A stretch of 63,062 bases of DNA, filler included, from Octopus bimaculoides (lineage: Eukaryota), in assembly GCF_001194135.2 (NCBI RefSeq). It is 4 parts of 4 records of this genome, joined end to end, with 100 filler letters (N's around TTAATTAATTAA, not from the genome) between each part and the next. Parts side by side here need not be neighbours in the genome. Positions count along the whole stretch, not along the records: positions 1 to 28,012 come from NC_068984.1; 3 more parts are not named here. One strand, written 5' to 3'. The first letter of the stretch is position 1; every line of letters begins with the position of its first letter. The translations under genes were made by a program, and so were the position numbers. Below the pieces are notes generated by a model. That model ran no database searches, was not told where the DNA came from, and saw only the letters and a list, made by a program, of their open reading frames with translations. Shown here in pieces: positions 13,115 through 25,191 of this stretch.

Positions 13115-13958
13115 TCTTTTCTGGCCCAAATACCTTTATCGGGCATGTTGTGTTTGCACATGGTAGAGTTTTTGACATGAATATTCCACCGTTATTCGTT
13201 CTATTGATATTATGTATCTAATAGCAGTGGCGTTGTTTACATTTAACCCAGGATAGTCTTGTCTGCAGGTGGCATCATATATTGTTTTAGCAACAACGTC
13301 ACATCGCAGTGGGAGGTGGCACTTTTGGGCAGCTGCTGATTGCACGTATTATGTCCTCCACATAAGAGTTACATAATCAACATCTAAGAGCTTCGCTGCT
13401 TGGAGCTATCGTCTGCTCTTGGATCGGAAAAGCGTAACGGCCACGAGTGCAAGAGATTTGATATTTGATGTTAATAACATCAAGCGCCTCAAGTTTGCAG
13501 GAAACATACCCATACAAAACATTTTTGTTTTATACAGGGTGTTTCTCTTCCAAGTCCTCGTTGAGGTACACTAGTCCTGCACTTCTGGGTTCACACAACA
13601 GTCATTAATGAATGAGTGGTTCTTGAGGTGTTAACTCCAAAGCTCCAAGTTGTTATTCACTTCATTTTTGAGCACTTGGTTGATGGATTTATTTTTTCCT
13701 ACTGTTGTTTATAAGGTGTTATCATATGGCACCAACAAAAACAGAAAAAAAAACTATTTTCACTAATTATAAGTCTCCTTCTTGTTCTTTTTACTTTTCT
13801 AAGATACTGTTTGTCACAATCATTGTTTCTGTGGAAATCTGAAGTTGGTGACGGGATCTTACAGGTTTTCAAGACTATGGAGCGCATATCCTCTGTAGAC
13901 CAATCAATAATCTCAAATGCTGGTACCAGTACTTATACTGCAAATTTATCGTGGAATA
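13115..13958 (-). mobile_element. R4/Dong-clade LINE remnant (thumb to CCHC/RHD region), heavily decayed
   Basis: Reverse frames give FAV*VLVPAFEIIDW...KTCK...FHRNNDCDKQYL, GRYAFPIQEQTI, RC*LCNSYVEDI..ISSCPK, DVVAKTIY and WNIHVK..CKHNMPD; homologous to 35446-36240. Confidence 0.8.
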
Positions 13959-13993
13959 TTGTCTTGTAAGAGGAAAGCTCTGACTACCATATG

Positions 13994-14460
13994 TATGTGT
14001 CAGATAAATTCGTTCGTTTCTTTCTGTTATTTGAATTAACAGGAAAAAAATATATTTTTAGATAATGTTTTGTGGATTTTTTGTAGGCCTACTCTTTTTA
14101 CGTTTCTTCTTCATCGTTTTTGAAATTTAAATAAATTTCAACTCTTTTCAGGCATATGATGACGGAGTACCAAGTAGAAAACACGAGCATTTCCGACACC
14201 TGCCTCGCTTCGCTTTCAATCAAGGATACGAAGCTGCCAAAGCCACTCGAGATATTGGTACTGTGCACGAAGAAGGCGTTATTACTGAAAGAACTGCGCA
14301 GAAATAGTTTTCACGATCCAAGGAAAGAATATTCGACTCTGCGCTCCAGCCGACCTGCTGAGTTCAATGATGATAGAGTGAACAAGTGCATCCTCGAGGA
14401 TCTGCATTAATTCACAAGGAAATTGGTCTAGCAGATCATCTAACGTCATTTCCAATAAAT
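13994..14460 (+). mobile_element. Mariner 5' fragment with HTH-encoding remnant
   Basis: EHFRHLPRFAFNQGYEAAKATRDIGTVHEEGVITERTAQK*FSR...RPAEFNDD, typical of the mariner N-terminus. Truncated at (CA)n. Confidence 0.8.
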
Positions 14461-14477
14461 TTACAAACACACACACA

Positions 14478-14537
<60 letters not shown>

Positions 14538-14635
14538 NNNNNNNNNNNNNNNNNNNNNNNNNNNNNNNNNNNNNNNNNNNNNNNNNNNNNNNNNNNNNNN
14601 NNAGATTCATGCATACATGCATAGATATGAACATT

Positions 14636-14676
<41 letters not shown>

Positions 14677-14679
<3 letters not shown>

Positions 14680-15183
14680 GAGGAAAATGATTGGTTTACT
14701 TAGCTTAATGGATGCTGCAGTTACACAGATGATATGTTTATATCTAATTATGGTTTCTTTGAATTTTTACTCTGAAAAATATACTCTAGTGAGCTTATAG
14801 CCACCAGAAATGGTAAGAATATATGGAATATTAATTATTTAGATGTCAATTTAGTAATTAAGGATAATAATGAAATATGTACTGGCATTTATAGTAAAAC
14901 AGAAGAATTTGGTTTCCAAATGGCTTCAATGCCATGGTTAAGTAGTAGAATTCCTTCTTTTATTGGTTATGGTGTTTTTGCAGGACAAATTGTCAGATAA
15001 AGTACTATTAATAATAATGCTAATAAATTTTTGGATAGAATGAATAAACTGTTAAGACGTTTAATAAAACAAGGGTATAGATATGGTAAATTGGTTAAAA
15101 CTTCTAATCTCTGTTTACACACACTTGAAATTTTAAACAAATATGGGGTGGTATCTAGTCTTCAACTTAGCAAATATTTGTAA
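14677..15183 (+). mobile_element. Penelope-like element RT remnant (palm C-terminus plus thumb), Naiad-like
   Basis: One frame of 168 codons with three stops and no frameshift: YTDDMF...KIYSSEL...NYLDVNLVI...IYSKTEEFGFQMASMPWLSSRIPSFIGYGVFAGQIVR*...FLDRMNKLLRRLIKQGY...KYG, ending at TAA 15181. No GIY-YIG domain follows. Confidence 0.8.
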
Positions 15184-15592
15184 AGATTTGGAATGTTTAC
15201 GATTCAAGTTATCTGCTTACTACGTCACCAATATTGTTTGAGACAATTGAGGAATTAGTAATTACGTACTACGTTATCTATAGTTAAGATTATCTTTTAT
15301 GTTCTGGAAGTGATGGAACCACGTGGTTGGAAAAAAATATGTGTTAATACATTGTAGTTTTATTATCTTTTAAACAGTTTTAATTTAGGTTTAATCGTAG
15401 CAAGGTTTTATAATAATAGTTAATTACAAGTATACTTTTATTAGTGCCTATTTAATAAATTTAATGTTTTTATTAGTTACTAGTAAGTTTACATTAAATC
15501 TTGTAAAGATAATATATATTAATGAGTATGTAGTACCTATAGAAGACTGGTGGGCTTATTTGTATGACTTAAAGATTGGTTGCTATTTAGTA

Positions 15593-16875
15593 TTATGTCT
15601 TCAAGTATGAAATTTGTAGTAAGGTATATGGTAAACTTTGACAACTGCTCATTTTGCGGCATTATTATATTTTGACAATCTTTATTTTTTGTTAGAAAGC
15701 TGACACATCTATTTCTTTATTGTAACTCATTTTGTGCTTTATAAAGTATTAATAAATCGTTTTTTGCTATTTTTGTTTAGAGATGCATAAGTAGGAAATT
15801 CGTACAATTTTGAAATACGAGTTCTTTCTTGGAAATACAGCATCACAGACAGCTCGGAATATTAATGGAGTATTTAATTCTAATGTTATTACACAGCAGA
15901 CCGTATCAAATTGGTTTGCAAAGTTTCGTTCTAGTAACTTTGACCTCACAAATGAGCAATGCGGTCGACCAGAAACAAAGGTGGATAATGACGAACCGAC
16001 AGCCACCGTCGAGTCAGATCCATCTCAAAGTGCCGCTGAATTATCGTTGTTGTTTGGTGTTAGCAAGCAAACAATATTGACTCACCTAGTTCAAATCGGT
16101 AAAGTGAAAAAGTTGGATAAGTGGGTTCCACATGAACTCAATGAAAATCAGAAACAGCAACGTTTGGAAGCCTTCATTACGCTACTTTCTCTTCACAAAA
16201 ATGAATCATTTTTGAATAGAATTATAACATGTGATGAGAAATGGATCCAATGCAACAACCGTAAACGTTCAGCACAATAGTTGGACAAAGACGAGCCACC
16301 AAAACAGTCCAAAAAGCAAAATTCATCAAAAGAAGCTGATGGTGAGTGTTTGGTGGTCTGGCACAGATGTGATCCATTATGATTTCATTAAACCTGGCTC
16401 ATCAATCACGGCCGAAGTATACTGCAGCCAACTGGACCAAATGATGCAGAAACTTACAAAAAACAGCCTAGATTAGTCAACAGATCCACTCCTATCTTAT
16501 TACAAGACAACGCCAGACCACACATCTCAAAAATGACTCTGGCGAAACTATAGGAGTTGGAGTTGGAAGTTCTCCATCATCCACCTTACTCACCTGATCT
16601 TGACCCCACTGGCTACCACTTCTTCCAGAATTTGGATAACTTTTTGATAGGAAAAAAAAAATTAATTTCGATGATACTGTAAAACAGGTCTTCCAAGATT
16701 TTATTGACTCTAGATTACCAGGCTTTTATAGTTCCGGGCTGGACAAGCTACCAATGAAATAGCAAGAGTGTATTGACAATATGGGTGCACACTTTGATGA
16801 ATAAAACTATTCCTTGTATTTATAAAACATGACCAAACATTTTCTTTTATACACATTTCATACTTGACGACCTAA
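15593..16875 (+). mobile_element. Full-length decayed mariner transposon (1283 bp)
   Basis: TIRs ttatgtcttcaagtatgaaatttgta / tacacatttcatacttgacgacctaa (3 mismatches), with TA on both sides (15591-92, 16876-77). Transposase 15783-16803 carries WVPHEL, TCDEKW, QDNARPH and HPPYSPDL with D34 spacing. The third Asp is mutated to Gly; several stops and frameshifts. Confidence 0.96.
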
Positions 16876-17218
16876 TATATAATTTATTATTGTAGGTTTA
16901 CTATTAATACCGGTACAGATATATAAAGATTTATGTGTTTCTCTGTTGTAGTTTGAATTTAAAGTGAGTGTTTAATCCTGCCTATACTTAGATTGAATGA
17001 ATGTGGTTATAAAGCTTCCACTTTTTTATCATACTATGGAAGACTGTAGAGAATAAAATGTATGACTTAAATATTTGGTTTCTGTTTAGTTACATATCTA
17101 GGAGTGTGTTATTGATTTACTTATTGAATTTATTTACCGATACTGTTGTACATAGGGTAAATGTGTTTGAAAGTTGCGGTTTCATTGGTATTCTTGTTAC
17201 CAAACAACGCTTAATTTC

Positions 17219-17349
17219 GTGCTATTGACACCGTCGGATTAAATGGTATTGCACAGATGTCGAAACCACAATGATATCCGCGAGGCAGCTGATGATGGAG
17301 ATGTGTTGGATTGTTGGTTTGTGGAATAGCATTATAACACGTCCTTTTG
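17219..17349 (-). mobile_element. Dispersed repeat fragment, probably an RTE zinc-finger tail
   Basis: Reverse complement aligns with 59859-60005; both abut (TA)n. Confidence 0.6.
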
Positions 17350-18244
17350 ATATATATATATATATATATATATATANNNNNNNNNNNNNNNNNNNNNNNN
17401 NNNNNNNNNNNNNNNNNNNNNNNNNNNNNNNNNNNNNNNNNNNNNNNNNNNNNNNNNNNNNNNNNNNNNNNNNNNNNNNNNNNNNNNNNNNNNNNNNNNN
17501 NNNNNNNNNNNNNNNNNNNNNNNNNNNNNNNNNNNNNNNNNNNNNNNNNNNNNNNNNNNNNNNNNNNNNNNNNNNNNNNNNNNNNNNNNNNNNNNNNNNN
17601 NNNNNNNNNNNNNNNNNNNNNNNNNNNNNNNNNNNNNNNNNNNNNNNNNNNNNNNNNNNNNNNNNNNNNNNNNNNNNNNNNNNNNNNNNNNNNNNNNNNN
17701 NNNNNNNNNNNNNNNNNNNNNNNNNNNNNNNNNNNNNNNNNNNNNNNNNNNNNNNNNNNNNNNNNNNNNNNNNNNNNNNNNNNNNNNNNNNNNNNNNNNN
17801 NNNNNNNNNNNNNNNNNNNNNNNNNNNNNNNNNNNNNNNNNNNNNNNNNNNNNNNNNNNNNNNNNNNNNNNNNNNNNNNNNNNNNNNNNNNNNNNNNNNN
17901 NNNNNNNNNNNNNNNNNNNNNNNNNNNNNNNNNNNNNNNNNNNNNNNNNNNNNNNNNNNNNNNNNNNNNNNNNNNNNNNNNNNNNNNNNNNNNNNNNNNN
18001 NNNNNNNNNNNNNNNNNNNNNNNNNNNNNNNNNNNNNNNNNNNNNNNNNNNNNNNNNNNNNNNNNNNNNNNNNNNNNNNNNNNNNNNNNNNNNNNNNNNN
18101 NNNNNNNNNNNNNNNNNNNNNNNNNNNNNNNNNNNNNNNNNNNNNNNNNNNNNNNNNNNCTTTAAATTGTCCAGGCCTTCAAACCGATTTCTCTGCTTGC
18201 TTTTCAGTATGGGTGGGGATGTAATTATTTACTACCTGTCCTGC

Positions 18245-18284
<40 letters not shown>

Positions 18285-18414
18285 TGTGTGTGCGCGCGCG
18301 TGTAAATATATATGTGTATATAGGTGTGTTTGTGTGTATTCATGTATATACACTCACGCGCAAATATACACACACAGATGTATATATTTACATGTATAAA
18401 CATATATGTATGCA

Positions 18415-18455
<41 letters not shown>

Positions 18456-18461
18456 CATTAT

Positions 18462-18513
<52 letters not shown>

Positions 18514-18673
18514 GTTATTATTACAGTTTCATGCCAAGGCACTTGTCCAACAAGTTTGACAGGTACTTTGGCACGAAACTCTAGGCTCCTCTATCACTTA
18601 ATTTGTTTATCGGCCAATAACTAGTATTTGTGTGCATGCAAACATACATACATACATATANNNNNNNNNNGTG

Positions 18674-18718
<45 letters not shown>

Positions 18719-19432
18719 GGAAGCTTGACATAAGATACAGAAACACCGAACAAGGGTAACCAGCAGTATCAATGAACTTGATGAGAGAAGCCAAGAAAAG
18801 CTGTCAATCACATGAACCGGAACAAAAGCAAAAACAAACCAACCAACAAACAAATAAATGAATAATCATTTAGTTCAAAAGGCTCGATAATGTGATATGA
18901 AGCCAGACCAAGAAGAAATGCTGTAAATCTTCGAAGTTGTGCAGTTTATGTTAATACCAGGGATGTTACGTAACTTCAGCGTATTTTCAGCTTGGGCCAC
19001 TGAAATGTCGGTTTCCAAATTTGCGTCTTGATTTTATGCTAACAGCTTCATGTCTAGGTTGTATATATTCTGAGTGCCTCTGTACATCATAGCAACATTA
19101 CACTTAACTCCTTTTGTTTTGTTTGTGTTTCTCTGTTAACGTTGGCAGAAGTTTGAGATGTCCTGATCTTATGTTGACACTTTCTGAAACTGAAGTGAAG
19201 ACCGTATGAATTCCCAATCAACGTCGGAGGTACAAGTTGATCTTCCTCGCCATTCTTTCCGTCTTTTTTATCATTGATAACCCTAACCCAAAGCATTCTC
19301 GAAACATACACGAGTTTCGGCAAAACTCTATGATGGTAAAAGCCATGCTTTAAATTGTCCAGGCCTTCAAACCGATTTCTCTGCTTGCTTTTCAGTATGG
19401 GTGGGGATGTAATTATTTACTACCTGTCCTGC

Positions 19433-19472
<40 letters not shown>

Positions 19473-20225
19473 TGTGTGTGCGCGCGCGTGTAAATATATA
19501 TGTGTATATAGGTGTGTTTGTGTGTATTCATGTATATACACTNNNNNNNNNNNNNNNNNNNNNNNNNNNNNNNNNNNNNNNNNNNNNNNNNNNNNNNNNN
19601 NNNNNNNNNNNNNNNNNNNNNNNNNNNNNNNNNNNNNNNNNNNNNNNNNNNNNNNNNNNNNNNNNNNNNNNNNNNNNNNNNNNNNNNNNNNNNNNNNNNN
19701 NNNNNNNNNNNNNNNNNNNNNNNNNNNNNNNNNNNNNNNNNNNNNNNNNNNNNNNNNNNNNNNNNNNNNNNNNNNNNNNNNNNNNNNNNNNNNNNNNNNN
19801 NNNNNNNNNNNNNNNNNNNNNNNNNNNNNNNNNNNNNNNNNNNNNNNNNNNNNNNNNNNNNNNNNNNNNNNNNNNNNNNNNNNNNNNNNNNNNNNNNNNN
19901 NNNNNNNNNNNNNNNNNNNNNNNNNNNNNNNNNNNNNNNNNNNNNNNNNNNNNNNNNNNNNNNNNNNNNNNNNNNNNNNNNNNNNNNNNNNNNNNNNNNN
20001 NNNNNNNNNNNNNNNNNNNNNNNNNNNNNNNNNNNNNNNNNNNNNNNNNNNNNNNNNNNNNNNNNNNNNNNNNNNNNNNNNNNNNNNNNNNNNNNNNNNN
20101 NNNNNNNNNNNNNNNNNNNNNNNNNNNNNNNNNNNNNNNNNNNNNNNNNNNNNNNNNNNNNNNNNNNNNNNNNNNNNNNNNNNNNNNNNNNNNNNNNNNN
20201 NNNNNNNNNNNNNNNNNNNNNNNNN

Positions 20226-20269
<44 letters not shown>

Positions 20270-21533
20270 CCTGTGAATAAATCACAGACATGCAGTGAAC
20301 CAGTTATTAACCCCTCTTGGAAACCTGTAATCAACGACGCTTTTGTTTACTATTTGTAATATTAAATAAATATAAACGAATCGACCATCAAACACGCAAA
20401 CCCCAACACGTGCGCAGCACGGTACACATAGACTGAGAAACAAGTGCAACACCAAGTTGTGTCTGTGTGTTCGCTCGCCAGAATTACTGCGCAGACTTGT
20501 TGTCATAACAACTCGCTGTCCCCCTCCTACTCTTGTTACATAAGCTGTTGCTTACTGAATCTTATTTCCTCATCCTCACCTGTCTCCAACGCACTTTTAT
20601 TCTTTCTCTCTCTCTCCTCCTTCTCTCCCCCTATTTCTCTGTCTTTCTCTTTCTCTTTCTCTGGCAACGCCTTTCCCTCGACACTCGCTAATTATCTCTC
20701 TCTCTCTCTCTCTCTTATCTCACATACGTGTGCGCGTGCACACGCACGCAGACACACATACACACATTCACACACATTCAAACACACACGCACGCACACA
20801 GATACATATACATGTATATTTACATGTATGTCTATATACTGTTATATATATAAATATCTGTATGTATATGTATATAAATGTATGTATGTATGTATACATA
20901 TATANNNNNNNNNNNNNNNNNNNNNNNNNNNNNNNNNNNNNNNNNNNNNNNNNNNNNNNNNNNNNNNNNNNNNNNNNNNNNNNNNNNNNNNNNNNNNNNN
21001 NNNNNNNNNNNNNNNNNNNNNNNNNNNNNNNNNNNNNNNNNNNNNNNNNNNNNNNNNNNNNNNNNNNNNNNNNNNNNNNNNNNNNNNNNNNNNNNNNNNN
21101 NNNNNNNNNNNNNNNNNNNNNNNNNNNNNNNNNNNNNNNNNNNNNNNNNNNNNNNNNNNNNNNNNNNNNNNNNNNNNNNNNNNNNNNNNNNNNNNNNNNN
21201 NNNNNNNNNNNNNNNNNNNNNNNNNNNNNNNNNNNNNNNNNNNNNNNNNNNNNNNNNNNNNNNNNNNNNNNNNNNNNNNNNNNNNNNNNNNNNNNNNNNN
21301 NNNNNNNNNNNNNNNNNNNNNNNNNNNNNNNNNNNNNNNNNNNNNNNNNNNNNNNNNNNNNNNNNNNNNNNNNNNNNNNNNNNNNNNNNNNNNNNNNNNN
21401 NNNNNNNNNNNNNNNNNNNNNTGTATGTATGTATGTATGTATGTATAAATGAACATATGTATGTATGCATGTATGTATGTATGAATGTGTATATGTATGT
21501 ATGTGTGTATGTATGCATGTATGCATGTATGTA

Positions 21534-22512
21534 TTCATGATTTCTTGCCAATAGAGTAAGAACCGGTTTCTAACCTAGATCCAAGGCTCCTTCATTGGAA
21601 TTTCAACAACATCAACAGGGTATTTTTGTATGTTTGTATATATGTCATGTATGTATATGTGCAGATGTGTATGGTTTGTTTTATGCATATCTTCTCATGC
21701 ATATACTAGACATACTCATATATACTTAAATGATAAACTTCTGGAACGTTTTACAGATTTTTACAATTCCAGTGATGGATTCGATCCGTAGTCTTCGAAT
21801 TAGCTTTATGCTTTCTGGTTTTGAGAAGTCTAATTGGTATTTAGGCAGTACTCTCCTTTGGATGTTGGATCACATATCCCAGTGCTCCAATAATCACAGG
21901 TATAAACCTGAACTTGTAATCTGGGTAGAGTAACTGCAGATTTCTTAATTCTTCAGCATAGGTATTTTCTTTTTCGCTGATCTTTAACTTTATGTTAACA
22001 TCCCCTGGGCAGTTAATTTCCACAACTGTACACAGTTTCTCTTCTCAATCCCAAATCACTATGTCAGGTCTATAATGTTTACATTCTATTGTGGTTTTCA
22101 CTGGGACATTCCACCAGTATTCCTTTTTATTATGAGTGGTTATGACTTCCACCATACTGTGGGTTCTTATTTCTTTGCTCTCGGAGTTATGCTTCCTGTC
22201 CTAGCTACAACATCATGTCTCATCGGTAGGTAATACCGTGATGAATTCTGCGGCCAGCTGCTTATGATGTTGGTGATATCTTCAGTGTTAACTCCACAAA
22301 CTTTCCATTGGTTGTCACATTATGCTGCTTTTCCTGCATCGCTGTACCCTTTGTACATCAGGTATTTGGTTGATATTTCCTGTTCCTGGATGGCAAACGC
22401 ATACCCTTCAAAATGGGAGGTAGTAATCAGGTTGTTGGTCCATGATAAACTGCTTTGATGATCAATGTTACTATCATCTCGAAGCTCTTTACTAACATAT
22501 CCATATATGGTC
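21534..22512 (-). mobile_element. R4/Dong-clade LINE 3' end with restriction-like endonuclease and 3' UTR
   Basis: SHFEGYAFAIQEQEISTKYL...MRHDVVAR...EYWWNVPVKT..CKHYRPDIVIWD...VVEINCP...YPDYKFRFIPVIIGALG...KICKTFQKFII*. The 3' UTR ends gaaatcatgaa at (TACA)n. Confidence 0.93.
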
Positions 22513-22514
22513 TT

Positions 22515-22657
22515 TTACTGATATACGCTCATCGTTTCAGCATGGAAGACTATGTTGAAAAATAAACATCATTTGGTCACATTCCATGAGAGTATCTTGG
22601 TCAGTAGGGTGTCCAGACTTTGAGCCACCTTCAAGGACTTTTCAGTAGACCCTCGTA
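22515..22657 (-). mobile_element. Mariner-type terminal fragment
   Basis: Reverse complement starts tacgagggtctactgaaaagtcc at a TA within (TACA)n and contains tttatttttcaacatagtc, mariner-like 5' sequence. Confidence 0.55.
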
Positions 22658-24410
22658 TGTATGTATGTATGTATGTATGTATGTATGTATGTATGCATAC
22701 TTGAGCGAGCTCGCTATCTTGGAGATAGCGTGTTAGCTGTAAACTTTTATATGTAGTGGTTATTTAGTTCGTGTCATCTTTTTTCCATGGAAGTAAAGAG
22801 TTAGTTGCGAAATACAACAAGTGGAGTTGTTTTTGTTGCTGCTGTTATTGTTGTTTAGCTGTATGTCAGTTCTGAATAAGCTAACCTATAACATAATGAA
22901 ATCCTTTTCGCACTAAACAGCCATCTTTCTTTTTCTTTTGTTAACTATATATCAGGGATTATATCAGTTTATCACATCTTGTATACAGACACAAGACACA
23001 GTATATCTATAATTACTTTCCGTATCTTAAATTATCGAGCCGTTACCATGACATATGGAAAAATCGTTTTGTGCTTGAGAGACCCTACGAAAGAAAATGC
23101 AAATGATAATTTTCTTCGAATATAGTATCCTTCATTTATGTAGAAATTACTCTCTGGGATGATTACAGAAAGCACAGAATTTTTTTTTTTTTTTTTAAAG
23201 AAAAATGTGTGCTGATAGATTGTGAAAGGAAATATATTAAATTGTTGGCGTGAATAGATTATAAAAAAGCATACGATTTGGTACCTCTTAAGCGGAAATT
23301 ACCACCCGGAAAGAATATATTTAATGTATTCTTTTTCTTATTTCTTTTTTTTTTTTTTAGGAATAAAATATAGTATTTGATAAAGAACAATGATGGATGT
23401 AAAAACAGTAGAGAAATAAGAAAGAGAAATAATAAATCAGTGTGAAAAGACGGTGAAAGGAGACATATTAATTTATTGAAGTGTACGGATTATATAAAAG
23501 NNNNNNNNNNNNNNNNNNNNNNNNNNNNNNNNNNNNNNNNNNNNNNNNNNNNNNNNNNNNNNNNNNNNNNNNNNNNNNNNNNNNNNNNNNNNNNNNNNNN
23601 NNNNNNNNNNNNNNNNNNNNNNNNNNNNNNNNNNNNNNNNNNNNNNNNNNNNNNNNNNNNNNNNNNNNNNNNNNNNNNNNNNNNNNNNNNNNNNNNNNNN
23701 NNNNNNNNNNNNNNNNNNNNNNNNNNNNNNNNNNNNNNNNNNNNNNNNNNNNNNNNNNNNNNNNNNNNNNNNNNNNNNNNNNNNNNNNNNNNNNNNNNNN
23801 NNNNNNNNNNNNNNNNNNNNNNNNNNNNNNNNNNNNNNNNNNNNNNNNNNNNNNNNNNNNNNNNNNNNNNNNNNNNNNNNNNNNNNNNNNNNNNNNNNNN
23901 NNNNNNNNNNNNNNNNNNNNNNNNNNNNNNNNNNNNNNNNNNNNNNNNNNNNNNNNNNNNNNNNNNNNNNNNNNNNNNNNNNNNNNNNNNNNNNNNNNNN
24001 NNNNNNNNNNNNNNNNNNNNNNNNNNNNNNNNNNNNNNNNNNNNNNNNNNNNNNNNNNNNNNNNNNNNNNNNNNNNNNNNNNNNNNNNNNNNNNNNNNNN
24101 NNNNNNNNNNNNNNNNNNNNNNNNNNNNNNNNNNNNNNNNNNNNNNNNNNNNNNNNNNNNNNNNNNNNNNNNNNNNNNNNNNNNNNNNNNNNNNNNNNNN
24201 NNNNNNNNNNNNNNNNNNNNNNNNNNNNNNNNNNNNNNNNNNNNNNNNNNNNNNNNNNNNNNNNNNNNNNNNNNNNNNNNNNNNNNNNNNNNNNNNNNNN
24301 NNNNNNNNNNNNNNNNNNNNNNNNNNNNNNNNNNNNNNNNNNNNNNNNNNNNNNNNNNNNNNNNNNNNNNNNNNNNNNNNNNNNNNNNNNNNNTATATAT
24401 ATATATATAT

Positions 24411-24792
24411 GGAGGCGCAATGGCCCAGTGGTTAGGGCAGCGGACTCCCGGTCATAGGATCGCGGTTTCGATTCCCAGACCTGATGTTGTGAGTGTTTAT
24501 TGAGCGAAAACACTTAAAGCTTCACAAGGCTCCGGCAGGGGATGGTAGTGGACCCTGCTGTACTCTTCCACCACAAATTTCTCTCAGTCTTACTTCCTGT
24601 TTCTGTTGTGCCTGTAATTCAAAGGGTCAGCCTTGTCACACTGTGTCACGCTGAATATCACCGAGAACTACGTTAAGGGTACACGTGTCTGTGGAGTGCT
24701 CAGCCACTTGCACGTTAATTTCACGAGCAGGCTGTTCCGTTGATCGGATCAACTGGAACCCTCGACGTCGTAAGCGACCGAGTACCAACAAC
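24411..24792 (+). mobile_element. SINE family C, full length, within (TA)n
   Basis: ggaggcgcaatggcccagtggttag A-box, ggtttcgattccc B-box, (CAA)n tail; TA repeats on both sides. Confidence 0.92.
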
Positions 24793-24804
24793 ATATATAT
24801 ATAT

Positions 24805-24936
24805 ACGAAGGGCTTCTCTCATTTTCCCTCTACCAAATCCACTCACAAGGCTTTGGTCGGTCCAAGATGTCACGCAGGGGAACTGAACCCGGAACTATAT
24901 GGTTGGGAAGCAAACTTCTCGTCACACAGCCATGCC
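24805..24936 (-). mobile_element. SINE family A, internally deleted
   Basis: ctaccaaatccactcacaaggctttggtcgg...gaacccggaac...cacacagccatgcc. Confidence 0.8.
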
Positions 24937-24944
24937 GGCTCAAT

Positions 24945-25191
24945 ACTTATGAAAAATAGGAAGCGCATAGGGTAGCGTTACCTGGTGGGGAAGAAATGAA
25001 GGACATCGAGAAGAATGGATATAAGTATTTAGGAATAGTAGAAGTTGATAAGATGAACGACAATGAAAGGAAGAGGCTATTTGGAATAAAATACCCGAAA
25101 ACATTAAATTTGGAGGTGAAGGTCAAAATTAAATGGAAACTCTGTTTATTTGCAATAAAAACTCGAGCAGGCATGAGGTATGGTATAAGGA
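24945..25191 (+). mobile_element. R4/Dong-clade RT fragment (RT domain 7 to thumb)
   Basis: LPGGEEMKDIEKNGYKYLGIVEVDKM...then SKLNG-like and AIKTRAGMRYGI after a frameshift. Confidence 0.75.

Noticed and set aside
14773-14775. In-frame TGA in the Naiad-like RT as selenocysteine
   Set aside because: The other two stops are TAG and TAA and no SECIS was recognised; simple decay explains it.
14680-15590. AT-rich stretch as a mitochondrial insertion
   Set aside because: It translates in the standard code to a PLE RT, and no mitochondrial gene motif was found.
18880-19430. Hydrophobic GPCR-like or Tc1-like peptides (RRRYKLIFLAILSVFFIIDNP...)
   Set aside because: Multiple stops, no decisive motif, and competing interpretations.
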